A stretch of 64,000 bases of DNA, from NCBI GenBank assembly GCA_051362555.1, contig CM120645.1:22196001-22260000 (forward strand), in the 5' to 3' direction. The first letter of the stretch is position 1, and each line of letters begins with the position of its first letter. The translations under genes and the position numbers were made by a program. Under the pieces are notes generated by a model. That model saw only the letters and a list, made by a program, of their open reading frames with translations, ran no database searches and was not told the origin of the DNA. Source of the stretch: Lingula anatina. Lineage: Eukaryota; Animalia; Brachiopoda. Below, piece after piece: positions 39,592 to 51,717 of this stretch.

Positions 39592-42500
39592 ATGACGAAT
39601 GGTCAGTAAATATTTTCTGTAGTTGGGTCATAAATTGCACGATACTGATAGCTGAACTGTAGTGTTGTTTTCGCCCCCCCCCCCCCCTCAAAACGAAACA
39701 CCCGTTCATGTGGTTGACAATAATAATAATTATTGTTGTATATTAGAGTTATAATTAGGTACGATACTCGTTCCAGGCGGGAAGAACTAATTTGTTTGAA
39801 TTCATTTTAAACCGATAAGTTTTACATACGAACTTAAACTAGATATATATGCAAAACTATCCAGTACTACTGGCGCAAAAAAAAAAAAATCCTTTGCTTT
39901 TCCGTGATGTCATATTTGGTGCGGGACAGTCCTCGCATGTGTTGCCGCCATGTTTTTGAACATCAGTAAAGGACTTCGTTAATGCCAGTGTTAAGTTTTG
40001 TACTCTTTATATTTTGGTTAGAAAACATGATAGGTTGCGGTATAGTCGGTTGTTCCAATAGAAGTGGCAGAGATCTAAGTTATCTCAAAGTTATACTGGA
40101 ACAGGGAGATGAAACAAAAAGAAAATCTGAAGAAAGGAGACGCAATGTGGAAGGCAGCTTAGAAAAGACATAGTACGTCGGAAGAAAAATGGGATAGAAC
40201 GTTCGTTTGCTCAAAGCACTTTGTTGGAGGTATGCCACTTTTGAAAATTGTTAATTGCACTAGTGTTCTTGGCACGTTGTCAAAAAGCCATTATTTATAC
40301 TTAAAAATCTTAATACTGAGGGGCGGGACCTCTGACGGGCAGTCACATTTCCCTACTTTTCCTGTTTGTACCAGAAATTGCAAGTAACATATAAGTGAAT
40401 TCAATTTCATAATTGTTATGATGTGTAAAGTTATTGTACACCAAACAGAATTGTTGCTCTTTTTTAATTGTCTGCATGGATTGTTCTCTAAAGAGTTAAG
40501 CTAAAGTTTACATCTCTCATACTCTATGCAGTCAGTGATGTTTTTTTATGACATGTTAAGTGCATTGAGTTTTTTTGTCTGTTACTTCGTAATGTTTCTT
40601 TTTTGTTGTTATTTTAATATAGGAAAAAGTGCATACTAGTATCTGCAGGACAGCAACAATCTGTCCTGGATTCCAACACTTTCTTTAGGCCACACATCAA
40701 CGACGACAACAGGGTCAACTAATGCAACTTAGATACCAGCAGTACAGTCAGCGAGGCAATAAAAGAAAAGTAATAGATGTAATCTCATCACTTTCAACTC
40801 TGTAAACTCCTTGTTTTCTTTCTGGGAACATGCCCTTAGAAGATGATATGACAAACTCAGACATTCCACAAGGAGCTGAGGAGACCATGGCCATATCTGA
40901 GGAATCAGATCCTAAAAACTGTGAGATAGTAACTCAAACATGTGACAAGGGGATTCAAACCGAGGGCATAGGGACCCAAACTGACTTAACATCTGGACAT
41001 ATTGAACAAATTGAAAATGACTATAATGCAAGGGTTGCAGATTCAACTGCTTTGAAAAAGTATACATTCTCAAGAGAGGGTCTTTACAGCTTTTTAGATA
41101 TACCAGTAAATGTGTCAGTGTAAACTTTTCGAAAAAGTTTTCATCCTGTCCTTGATCTGCTGATTGATCTTCTTAGTGCACTGGGCATAAAGAGAAAGTC
41201 TGAGGGTATCAATGCTAATGTCATTCAGAAAAGAATTTGGTGAGAAAGTTGCAGTTATTAGGGATTGTTTGGAAGTATATATTGAAAACCCCCTTGAACC
41301 AAGTGTACACTTATTCCAACTATAAACACTACCATTCAGTTAAATATCTCATTGGAATTGCTCCACTGAGAGTTGGGATGGACGAACATTAGGTAAACAT
41401 TTCACTGAAGAATATGGGTTCTATAGAATCTTTTGCCAGGTAATTTTGTATGGTGGATAGGGGGTTTACAATTGAAGAATCTATGGGTTTTTATCAAGCA
41501 GAATTAGCCATTCCTGCATTGATCAAGGGGAAATGGCAGTTGCGTCACATGGATTTAGAAGAACATGCAAAATTATGAATGTACATATATTCATGTTGAA
41601 CGTGTCATTGGTCTAGTATGTTGCAAGTTTCAGATTTTAGTACTTCACCAACAGAATTTTTGAGACTCCAAAATGGGGAAAATTACCCAACTATAGATAA
41701 GATTGTATGTCTGTTGTTCTCTTACAAATATGTGCCCATTGATTATATCTTTTGATTAAATGGAATAAGTGAATTGATTAATAATTTTTATTCTTCCGTT
41801 ATTTGAATTGTATATTTAGCGCCCAAAGTATATATATATATATTTTAGTCTTCAGTATATACGGTGAATTATATATGGTTAGCACCCAAAGTGTACATAT
41901 TTGTAGCACTGGTGTTATTTTCAGTAATAAAATTGAATAGTTATTGACGTTACTTTCTCTATTGTTGCACTCAAGTGGTCTTTAAAGAAAAACTCTATTA
42001 AAGAAAAAAGAAAAATGTATGTTACAATTTTAAAGGAATTTTCTTTATTGAGTGTCAATTATCACTAAAAAGACAAACTAATTTTTAAGCCTTTCATATA
42101 AAGAATTTATTTTTGGGAAAAATAAATCGTGGTACTTTCTCTGCATTTTATAATCACTCTTTCCAAAATTCCAATGGGAATCAGTTCACTAACTGCAAAC
42201 TGAAAGGACTTGAAATAAACTACTTGTAAAACATATATACAGTTAAGGATAAGTAAACAAAAATGCACCTGTGAGACATTCATTGCACAATAATATCCAC
42301 TGTTATAATGCTATCAAAGACGTGAATGGATATCAAATCAGTTCACTGACCGCAAACTGAAAGGGCTTGAAATAAACTACTTGTAAAACATACATACAGT
42401 CAAGGATAAGTACAAAAATTGCACTTGTGAGACATTCGTTGCACGATAACTCTACTGTTAAAATGCTTTTTTGTCCTTCGTAAATTCTTCCCAATCTCAA

Positions 42501-43373
42501 TGCGATATCACTTCCGATATCACCAATTACAAGGTTTCCCCAATTTTGGTTACTGTCCCCTACAGTACTGGTACATGTACATTGTATTTATTTTCAGCCT
42601 ATTCTTTTGACGGTTTACTGGTGTTCAGCGTCCTGGTCATATGCACGTGTGGTTACATGAGGAGGGTGCCTCGCATCAAGCAGTGGTTCCTCTCTGAGAA
42701 GAAGGGATTCCTGGGAGTGTTCTATAAAGGTGACTTAATTATTCAACAGATTCCTGCAATTTTAAAGCTGTACATATTTTTCTATTGTAATATTTGTTAA
42801 AGTGAGCAAAAATGCTCATTAGCTTGGTAGTTGGACCTTTTATGATAATTATAAAACACAAGCTGAAAGCTAAGGTGTGAACATACTTCAGATGCTGTTT
42901 TATTATTATCATATATGATTTTAAAAAATGGATTTTGAAGATAATCTACTGGTAGTTTGATATAACTTTCAAAGTGTTGATGATTTTTGGTAAGTATGTA
43001 GTTTTCTTTAAAACAAAGCTCTCTGTTTTCTGTTTGGTACATAAGGGAAGGTTTCATTGTCATTAGCTTTTTTCTTAATGGCATCTTAATTTTTATGCTC
43101 ATTACATTTACATCATTATTTTAACTACATAATGATTGAATATCATTATCCCAACAACACGTCTAATCTAACATGAAAAAGCAGTTAAATTTAATAGCTC
43201 ACCTATAAAAACATAAAAGCAGACAGATTAGTTTTTAAAGTTTATTTTATTGTTTTGAAGTTTGGTGATTATATATTCTCTTTGTTTCAGCCTCTGTGAT
43301 AGGAACAAGACTCCACATCCCTGTGGCACTGACATGTATTCTGATGGCAGTCTATTTATTACTATTTAAATAA
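39592..43373 (+). CDS. TMEM167B: Protein kish-B (74 aa)
   Basis: Exons 39592-39601 (MTN), 42598-42729 ([44 protein letters not shown]), 43291-43373 ([27 protein letters not shown]). Phase 1 introns; closely matches vertebrate kish-B. Confidence 0.93.
39900..41760 (+). mobile_element. Decayed THAP + DDE_Tnp_4 transposase (PIF/Harbinger group, ISL2EU-like) inside the kish-B intron
   Basis: THAP motifs CGIVGCSNR (40027-), VCSKHF (about 40205) and WIPTL (about 40667), then [33 protein letters not shown] and HVERVIG in frameshifted, stop-containing frames. Ends are approximate. Confidence 0.8.
42179..42470. repeat. Two-copy tandem repeat, about 158-bp unit
   Basis: AATCAGTTCACT.AC.GCAAACTGAAAGG.CTTGAAATAAACTACTTG... 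occurs at about 42179 and 42337. Confidence 0.85.
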
Positions 43374-45340
43374 GCCACAGCTGGAGCAACATGGAAGAAA
43401 TGCATTTATATAATAATATTGAGAAGTGGACCTTAAAATAGGATTGTCCATTCCATGTTGACAGCTTGAAGAGAGTCTGCCAGAAAAGTGTATGGACAAA
43501 GGAAAACCTTGTGAAACAAAAAATGCCATGCATTTATTATTACTATTCAGGTTTCATGAACTAGCCTACTAGTAGTATGGCTATTGTTTTCTGATTTTCA
43601 AGGTGATGGTGGGTTGAAAGAGGTGAACAGCATTTGAAGGGAGAAGACTATACTGTCGCCATCTATTGATGGACCGTGGGAAGAAAGTGGTTAAAAAATA
43701 CGACATGAAGATGTAGTAAAATGGTTGTTTATTAAAAAAAAAAAAAATGGTACATAATCATATACTTGTGGTTGTTAACATGCAGGAAAGTAAGAAAATA
43801 TGTAGATAAGGTAAACACCAGTGTGGAATCAGACTTTCCCCTTTCTTTCTGTTAGTCTCAATATGGACATGATGGGGACGTGAATGTAAAACTGAAAATG
43901 AAGAAAAATATTATAGAAAGAATGACACCAAATAAGACATCTCTATTTCACTTGTATGCATCAGCTTGTCAGTGAAAGTTTCCATGAAAAAAACAACCAA
44001 AAAAAGATGGTTATTGTTATGTGTCAGATCATGGAAATACAACAGGGAGTTGCACGTTCATGGTCAGATGTTGCCAGTTTGTTTGGTGTAGGGTTACTAC
44101 AGGTGACTTGGGCTATGTTGCAGTTATAATTGGAGAGGGGGGGCATGATGAGCAGTTTATCTATAGCAATTAGCTTCATACGTCTAACATTCTTTCAGGA
44201 GACTTACTCGTTTTAAAAAGAAAGCTTTGTAATTTTACTTTATTGGGGAAGAGCATTTAAAAGGACAAATGTTTAAAATGCTAGTCTCCCTGTTCCGCAC
44301 GATTACTTTCTTTTTTTATGTGGAAGAACCTCTTAAATGCGACAAAGGTATGGTAATAAAAATATAATGATCATAATCTGCCTGAAATGCAATAATTTAT
44401 AAATATTTGAAATTGGTGAGGGGTGAACATTAAACAATAAAACTGTACATAATCGTAATGAGAGGTTGCTGTTTAGCTTATGGTCATTTGTGAAAAAAAA
44501 ATAACCAGAACGTGATAGGCCTATCCTACTGTTCATTTTTGGCGCTGTTCTGCGTGCATTCCTCACGAGTAGAGTTTCCAGTTTATAATTACTTTTAATT
44601 GGGTATTCTGAGCTTTCTTTTTGTTTAAAATGTAATACTACCTACAATTTCGTATGGATATCAAAGCCTTTACAACGCTGCGTGCTCACTCGTAAATTTT
44701 ACTTCGGTAATTAAGAGACCTTGATGCCGGTAATAAATTACAGGAAGTCAAGGGCGGATTGTTTTGTTAAAACACGTTGCGACTTGCGACTGTATCTATT
44801 GTCTTGTTATTCAAGTATTTCAGATAGTGTTTTAATAAGTGATATATTTATTTCAAGTAAAATCCATTACAGAATTGCAGTAGACTTAACAAGGGCAAAT
44901 TAACGACACAAGATAGATGAAATAGAATAAACTAACAGCTAAAATATTGATATGATAAGAAAACGTCTTAAATCCAATTAAACAGCAAAGAGAAAAGTTG
45001 TCTAGAGCAGGATATTTTTTACCAAATCTCGCTCCTGTAAAACGATCTATTATTATGTTTTTCCAACAAGCGAAGGTTAAATGATGAAAACGGCATATTT
45101 TAAGTTGCACGTTGTCTTGAGATGCTAAACTCTATCCGTTCACTAAAAAGGCTCCTTACGCCTTAACGACAATTATCGAAAACGCCTGCAGAATCCGCTG
45201 TAGGAAGTATTATCACCAACGCTATGGTATCCTATCCCCCGCATCCTTCTTTCTTCCATCTTTATATGTCTTGTAGTTGATGACGGTAGCGACGGCTGAT
45301 ATGTCACGCAATTATGTCGTAAAATACAAGATGGGAACAC

Positions 45341-45571
45341 CAGGGCCGTAGCCTCCGGGGGGGCAGGGGGGGCAGTTGCCCCCCCCCCCCCCCCCCCCCT
45401 GGGATTTGAGGTGCAAAAAATAATCGCAAAGGTGAATAAAAATAATTGCAAAGTTGGTATCAATCCCCCCCCCCCACACACACACACACACACACCCTCC
45501 CCACTCGGGGGCTTCGCCCCCTTGTGTCAGCTTACTGTCCCCCCTGGCATTTTGCTCAGGCTACGGCCCTG
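45341..45571. mobile_element. GC-rich MITE (hAT-like)
   Basis: TIR CAGGGCCGTAGCC...GGCTACGGCCCTG, 5-bp TSD AACAC, internal poly-G/poly-C palindrome. Confidence 0.8.
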
Positions 45572-47640
45572 AACACTGTTTTCACAACAGAACAGAAAAA
45601 AGGTGTTGAAGCCTTGAGGTTCAAGTACTAGTGCTAGAGATCGTTTTTTCATAATATTCTCTGAAGGCATATTTATAAGGCGATATTAGTGACGAAGGCG
45701 TACGTCAAACATTTGATAGAGAGTAGTCACTTCACTGAATGGGTCGGAAAATTCACATTGTTTCAGTGCAAAAAGTAGAAACTTGCTCACCGCGGTAGAA
45801 TCAGAGATAAGATTTTCGGCGGAATCCGACTTTTGGGAGTCATAATTATCCAAACCCCACGCCATATTTTTGACTTTTTCATTAAATGGCAGTCTCAACC
45901 CTGTCGAATGAAACTTCAGGAGATAAACCATCAGCTGCAATAGGATATATCATTAACGACTTAATATGCAGATTTAAGTGTTACTAGTAAACTAAGATTC
46001 CGATTTAAACTAAGATTTTAAGATAAATTATTTTGTGGATTGTTCAAAGTAAAGGAGGGCTTGCATAACAATAGGAATTCAGCATTGGATTAGCGTTTCA
46101 TAAGCTGCGTTGTGCACAAATATAAGCCTTACCTTCTTTATTAATTAATCGTTTAAAGTAACTCTTGAACGCCCTCTGTACTTTTGGTTCAACCGTATTC
46201 TAGTGTCGTAAAAATGCTTCACAATTTATGCCATTGGTATCAGCCTCCATCTCTTTTTTGTAGTTTTCCGTTTCATGTCTTTGCCGTGTCATATTTTATG
46301 ATTGCCCCGAGATAGCCCTGTCTCGTTTGTTTTGGTGGCTTTTTTTGTCACCTTCGACGCACAAGGTGAACGGACCCACCCCTTAAAGTGTGTGAAAAAT
46401 TCCTCCAGATAAGAATATGAATGTTATTTTGCACCTAGTTCATGATCAGATGGTCTATACACAATTCTTTTATGGGTAGACACGATTCTTCTGGACAAAT
46501 AGCCACCACCCGTGCCTGTCGTCGACGTCCCCACCGTGCACTTTTCAGTGTTGTAAAAATAAATTGTTTATTAATGGGGGATAAGTATGACCTTGGAGAC
46601 AATGCTCGAGTTGGCTATTTCTTTTTTATCCAGCAATATTTTTTTCATGAACCATCAAGAAATCTTTTTCTTAATCTTAATATCTTTCAATTTATTTATT
46701 TATTTTATTGTTTTTATTTATTTCATTGAATTTTTTGCCTGTCAGTTGTTTATTGGCCCAAGTTAATCCCAAATTGGCAACAAATAAAGGTTTCTGGATC
46801 AAAGTTATCAACAAAATAAACGTTATAAGAAACCTATAATTTCATGATTTTTAGTCACATATTTGTACCGGTAGGCTCAGAGTAAACGACTTGGGTTTTC
46901 GACGTATTCCTGGTATTCTCGATATTGCTGAAGACTGACGTGCCTTTTCTCACAGCATATAGATGGGACCCAAACTTTCTCAGAGAACTGCGGCGACAAA
47001 AACATGTCCGAGCTGACAGGAAACATGGCAGAACCTTCGAGCACTGCAATGAACAAAACTATAAACTATTATTGCTGTACTGTAATATTAAGACCCGCTC
47101 TAAAGCGTTTCAACTTAAAACGGAACTGGTCTAACTGACGTCACTAGAGGTCCAAATTAGATACCATGGAATTAAATTTCCCAGGAGTCGAAAATTATAA
47201 CAATTAATAAATTGGAAATTTATTTCTGTTTATGAGAGTGCTGCTTTTAATGTGTAAACCTTGTGAGAGAAGTGTTACCTATGCTCAGACGCAATTATTT
47301 AAAGCACATCACGTGGAAGGATAACTACACACTGTACCTCTCTATCATTCTTCCATAAGCATATCAAAGAGCCCTCTGAAGGCTATTAAATTTTTATTTT
47401 ATACATAACCTCGTTAACTGAAGTTGTAATGTTTTAGCACAGACAACAACTTCTAATGTAGTGCTCGAAAGTCGTAAAACGGACGCGTTTACAAGTGTGC
47501 TTAATGCATATCAATGACTATATGGCCAAAGATACAAAAACGCGAACGTGAGAGGGTCATAGCCACAGCCTACATTGAGCTTCCATTGTCTCAGGACATA
47601 TATTGGTCTCCTCGCAGAGAGCTCTACAGGGTGCAGAATC

Positions 47641-48856
47641 ATGAAGTTCGTACTTGGACTGGTCTTAATCAGCTTCATTGTTGGGATAACCCACGGTAAG
47701 TTTTCACATACTTGTACTAGTACGTTATAGGAAGTGAAAAAAACTTTGTAGGAGGAGCTTTTGAATTAAAGAGAGTCTAAGCGATGCTTTGAAATACCAA
47801 AAATGAAATTATGTCAAATGCACACAGAAAATGGACAAGCATAAGACAAGAAATCACTCTTCAATTATGCTGGGCTAAATTTGCCATGCAACTACGGAGA
47901 CCATAGACTGGGGCGTAAATGTGAATGGCGCCCCTCGCTGTGCTCACATCTAGCTGTTATACAGGGTCTTCAACTCCAAACTCTTTTTGTGCATTACCTA
48001 ATTACTCAAGGACTTTCGTCTACTTTTTGGAACTAAAACGTGTTTCATTTTTCATTTCTACAGCCAGTTATTCAAACGGCTTTGTGACATTAGTCACAGT
48101 AAAAAGATGGTAACATTCTATCTGAAAACATTCCAAATATTCCATCGTTTTTAGGAAGAGTGTACTATTATGCACCAACAACGACAGAAGCTCCGACCAC
48201 GACACAGAAAGCGAGCTATGGCGGCTATGGCGGCAACGGTGGCAACGGCCAGAATGGACAAGGCAACGGTAACAATGGTGGCCAAAATGGTGGCAGCGGT
48301 GGCTACGGTGGCCAGTATGGTGCCGGTAACAATAATGGCCAAGGCAACGGGAATAATGGTGGCCAAAATGGTGGCAGCGGTGGCTACGGTGGCCAGTATG
48401 GTGCCGGCAACAATAATGGCCAAGGCAACGGGAACAATGGTGGCCAAAATGGGGGCGGAGACAATAATGATAAGCAACACCATGCTGGTGGCGGAAACAA
48501 CGGTATGAACGGTAGGTATTTAATTCGCACTTCACGTCAATTCGTAGCTTAAGGTTTAAGGAATGTTCCAAAGATCTAACTGACAGATTGTGTTAAAACC
48601 TTATCTCGAGCATAAAAAAAACCGCTTCAGTCATTATTTTTATCAGAATAATTTTGCTTTCTGACAAAATTCATGCAAAAACTGTGAACTTGATCAATTG
48701 ATGCGTATCACGTCAACATAGTTAAATAATAAGATATTCAAAAAAATTCCCAGTGCATTCCTTTCCCTTCCAGGTATGAAACAAATGATGCAGATGATGA
48801 TTTGGATGATGATGAACATGGCCGGCATGGGCAACAACGGCCAGCAAGCTGACTAG
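47641..48856 (+). CDS. Small secreted Gly/Asn-rich low-complexity protein with Met-rich C-terminus (about 164 aa)
   Basis: Exons 47641-47695 (signal peptide MKFVLGLVLISFIVGITH), 48155-48511 (GRVYYYAPTTTEAPTTTQ, then about 2.5 copies of an 81-bp unit GQGNGNNGGQNGGSGGYGGQYGAGNNN), 48774-48856 (GMKQMMQMMIWMMMNMAGMGNNGQQAD*). Both introns are GT-AG, phase 1. Confidence 0.8.
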
Positions 48857-51378
48857 GTTTCTTCCACACGAAATGATGCTCTTCTCGAGGTTTTGATATT
48901 TATGACTTCTTGAAAGTATCGTTCCTACGTTTGGTATGGTATCATGGAAAATCCTCGTCCACAGTGCATCTTTATACACATGTCGATGTGGAAGTTACCG
49001 TATTCGTTATTAACTGGTTTGACACTTAATGCTACTTTTTATGTTTGAGATAAAAGGGGGGTGGGGTATTCATAATGTTTTGTAGGACTGTGAAAAAAAT
49101 CCCAAGTGAAAGTTCATCCAGGAAACTCAAATGTGAGAGGCAGCTTTATTTGTTAAAACGAAATCTCGTGTGGGCTATCAAGATACGACCTGTAGCTATT
49201 TAATAGTTCTTGTATCCTACATTAGAAAACAGTTTAATACAAGCCGTATATCTTTAAAATTCCCACGTAGGTTTATGACACTTAAATGAGGCCATAACTG
49301 ATTGAATAACGAGAGAGATTCCTGCCTGACTTTCCAACATGTGCATCATTTTAAACGTCGGTGTCAAATGTATTCAATAAATGTTATATATATTATTTAA
49401 AACGTGTTTGGTTTCGTCATTTATTTGTGTTGTTGAGCTATGCCATCCGATTCTTAACTTTAAGTCATTCGTTAAATTTTGAAAATTTATTCAATTACAA
49501 TTTGCGTTCACGACCCTTTTGGCCGATAAGGGCCGTTTCTTTGCGTGAATTCAATTTTCTCCAATTTTATCCACAAAATATTATAACCATAGTAAGCTGA
49601 AAATATGCTCCCTATCATTCTACATGAACATTAAAATGTGAAGTACAGTGTATGTAAGTTTTGGTCTGTATGAAGGACCATGTTGTAGTAACCTAAAACA
49701 CGCCTAATTAATGTTTTCTGTTTAATTTCTCATAAAAGATTATTGATCCCACGTGTAAACGCATTTAAACGTATGACACGATGTCCATTACAGACCGGTG
49801 TTCTCTGCAGGGACTCTCATGTATATTGCTATCAAGTTTACTAATGGAAAGAAGGAACTGGGGAGTTTTATTTCAAGCAAGAGTGCTAGCGCGTTTTCAC
49901 GTCAAGGTAAAAACAATTTGAAAATGAACGCACTCCAGAGGATTTATTTTTGCTTTAACTTGAGGCGTGTAAGGGTAATACTTCGCGCTCGCATACCGAT
50001 TTAGCCACAGATCACGAGTCAGTATTTTAAAACATTAATGTGATGCTGTTGTAGTTATTGTAAAATGTCTGTTGACTCCCCCCCCCCTCCAAAAAAAAAT
50101 CCGTATTTATATTTGCGACTTTCTAATAGGTTGATTATGTGACCTGTATTGGTATATTGATTTTTGCAACCATTTATAAGTTCTGTAGACTTATTCTGTT
50201 GGCATCTAGCTTGCCAATCATATCGGATTTTGTAATTCAAAGAAGAGAGAAAAATTAAAACAAATCACTGAAGATTATATGGTTTGCGACTCTTCTTTTT
50301 TATTTGCATTTACGAAAAACATTAATTACACACTACCTAATGAACAGTTCAAGTTTGAATTTCAAAGTCTTGATTCAAATATTTATATTCTTATCGTGGT
50401 ATTGTATTGCGGTTTGTGTCCAACTCATATGTCCATAAGACGTTGTCCTTTTCATTTGACCTATTTCTTGCACGTGCTGCTCAAACTGTTGGATAGCTGG
50501 CGGCGGTAGCTATGCCACAATTGTTGCCACGGTTACGGGACATCTGGACATAGCCTGCATTACCCCAGCTGGTTCCCCAACTGAAAGAAGACAAATATCA
50601 AAAACGGTAAATTTACATGCCTAGCTTTTTTAGAAACATTTACCAATAATAACATGTTACGAATGGATTTATATTAATAATGCTATTTACAACGTAGTCG
50701 GTGGGATGTTTATCATTATAGTGTTTCTGTGCGTTGTGGGCTTACAAGTTTCGTGACTTATACCTACACTGTATTACCGACCCTGTTAAATTATGGAGTC
50801 TAGCTCAATATTTCCGAATATAACTGTACCTGTTCTTCACAATGTAATAATTGGATCCGTATCCCACAGCCAACACACCGTGGTCTAGTCTTGTACTGCT
50901 GCAGGCTGGTTCGTAGAAGATACCGCTCCTAGTGACAAATAAGTAAAACCATATGGACATGCTTTCTTTACAGATATAAAGTTATGCGATATAATAGCAA
51001 ATTTACGTTTAATATTTAAAACAAATGCATTTAGAAACAAGCAAATCAGCAAAATATAGCATGAAAACAACCAGACTCTATGGTGATTCAGGGTATCTTA
51101 ACAATTCTGAGACAATGCTAAGTAATTTTGACCGATCATCTCAGTACAACACGACTAAAAATAAACTTTTTGGTGCCACGCTCTTGGTTGAACATTGTTC
51201 CCACCAAGGGCATCATTTTATAGTTTTATTGTTTTACTCCCCAGCCATAACGTTCGGTGCTACTGTAGCAACTGTGGGTGAACATTTAAAATGCCATACT
51301 TGATGTACATATCATATAGACGAGTGGCTCGACAAGCATATACCAACAGAAGTCTATACACACTGTATTTCGTTTTAG

Positions 51379-51536
51379 CAGGCCCGTAGCGAGCAATTTC
51401 GAAAGGGGGGTTCTTTTTCTGAAAAAGTGGACCTTTTCCCATAAAAACTTCATGTAACTAGATCAAATTTTACCTAGAGTGGACCTTTTCCCAGCAAAAG
51501 GGGCGGTTCTTTCGAACCCCCCTGGCTACGGGCCTG
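51379..51536. mobile_element. GC-rich MITE (hAT-like)
   Basis: TIR CAGGCCCGTAGC...GCTACGGGCCTG with flanking duplication GTTTTAG. The paralogue has the empty site near 59079-59085. Confidence 0.82.
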
Positions 51537-51542
51537 GTTTTA

Positions 51543-51717
51543 GGCCGCGTTCAGAACAATATACTAACTAGTCCCCGGGTCAAACATGGCGACCCACTAA
51601 GAAGCCTGCCGTCTAATCTGCTAAAAGACACTGCATAGATTCCCCCTGGGAAAGTATTCAAGTGGATCGACCATACTGGACTGTCAGACTAGTTAGTCCA
51701 CTGTTCTGAATGCGGCC
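51543..51717. mobile_element. PIF/Harbinger-like MITE in a cathepsin intron
   Basis: TIR GGCCGCGTTCAGAACA...TGTTCTGAATGCGGCC, flanked by TTA/TAA. Confidence 0.7.

Noticed and set aside
48064-48110. Possible extra small exon in the Gly/Asn-rich gene after a strong acceptor
   Set aside because: No phase-compatible GT donor found, and the frame ends in a stop.
48068-48571. Alternative-frame ORFs (His/Cys-rich 167 aa, hydrophobic 110 aa, Ala/Met/Val-rich 112 aa)
   Set aside because: Shadows of the GGY/AAY codon repeat; only the Gly/Asn frame splices in phase to a signal-peptide exon.
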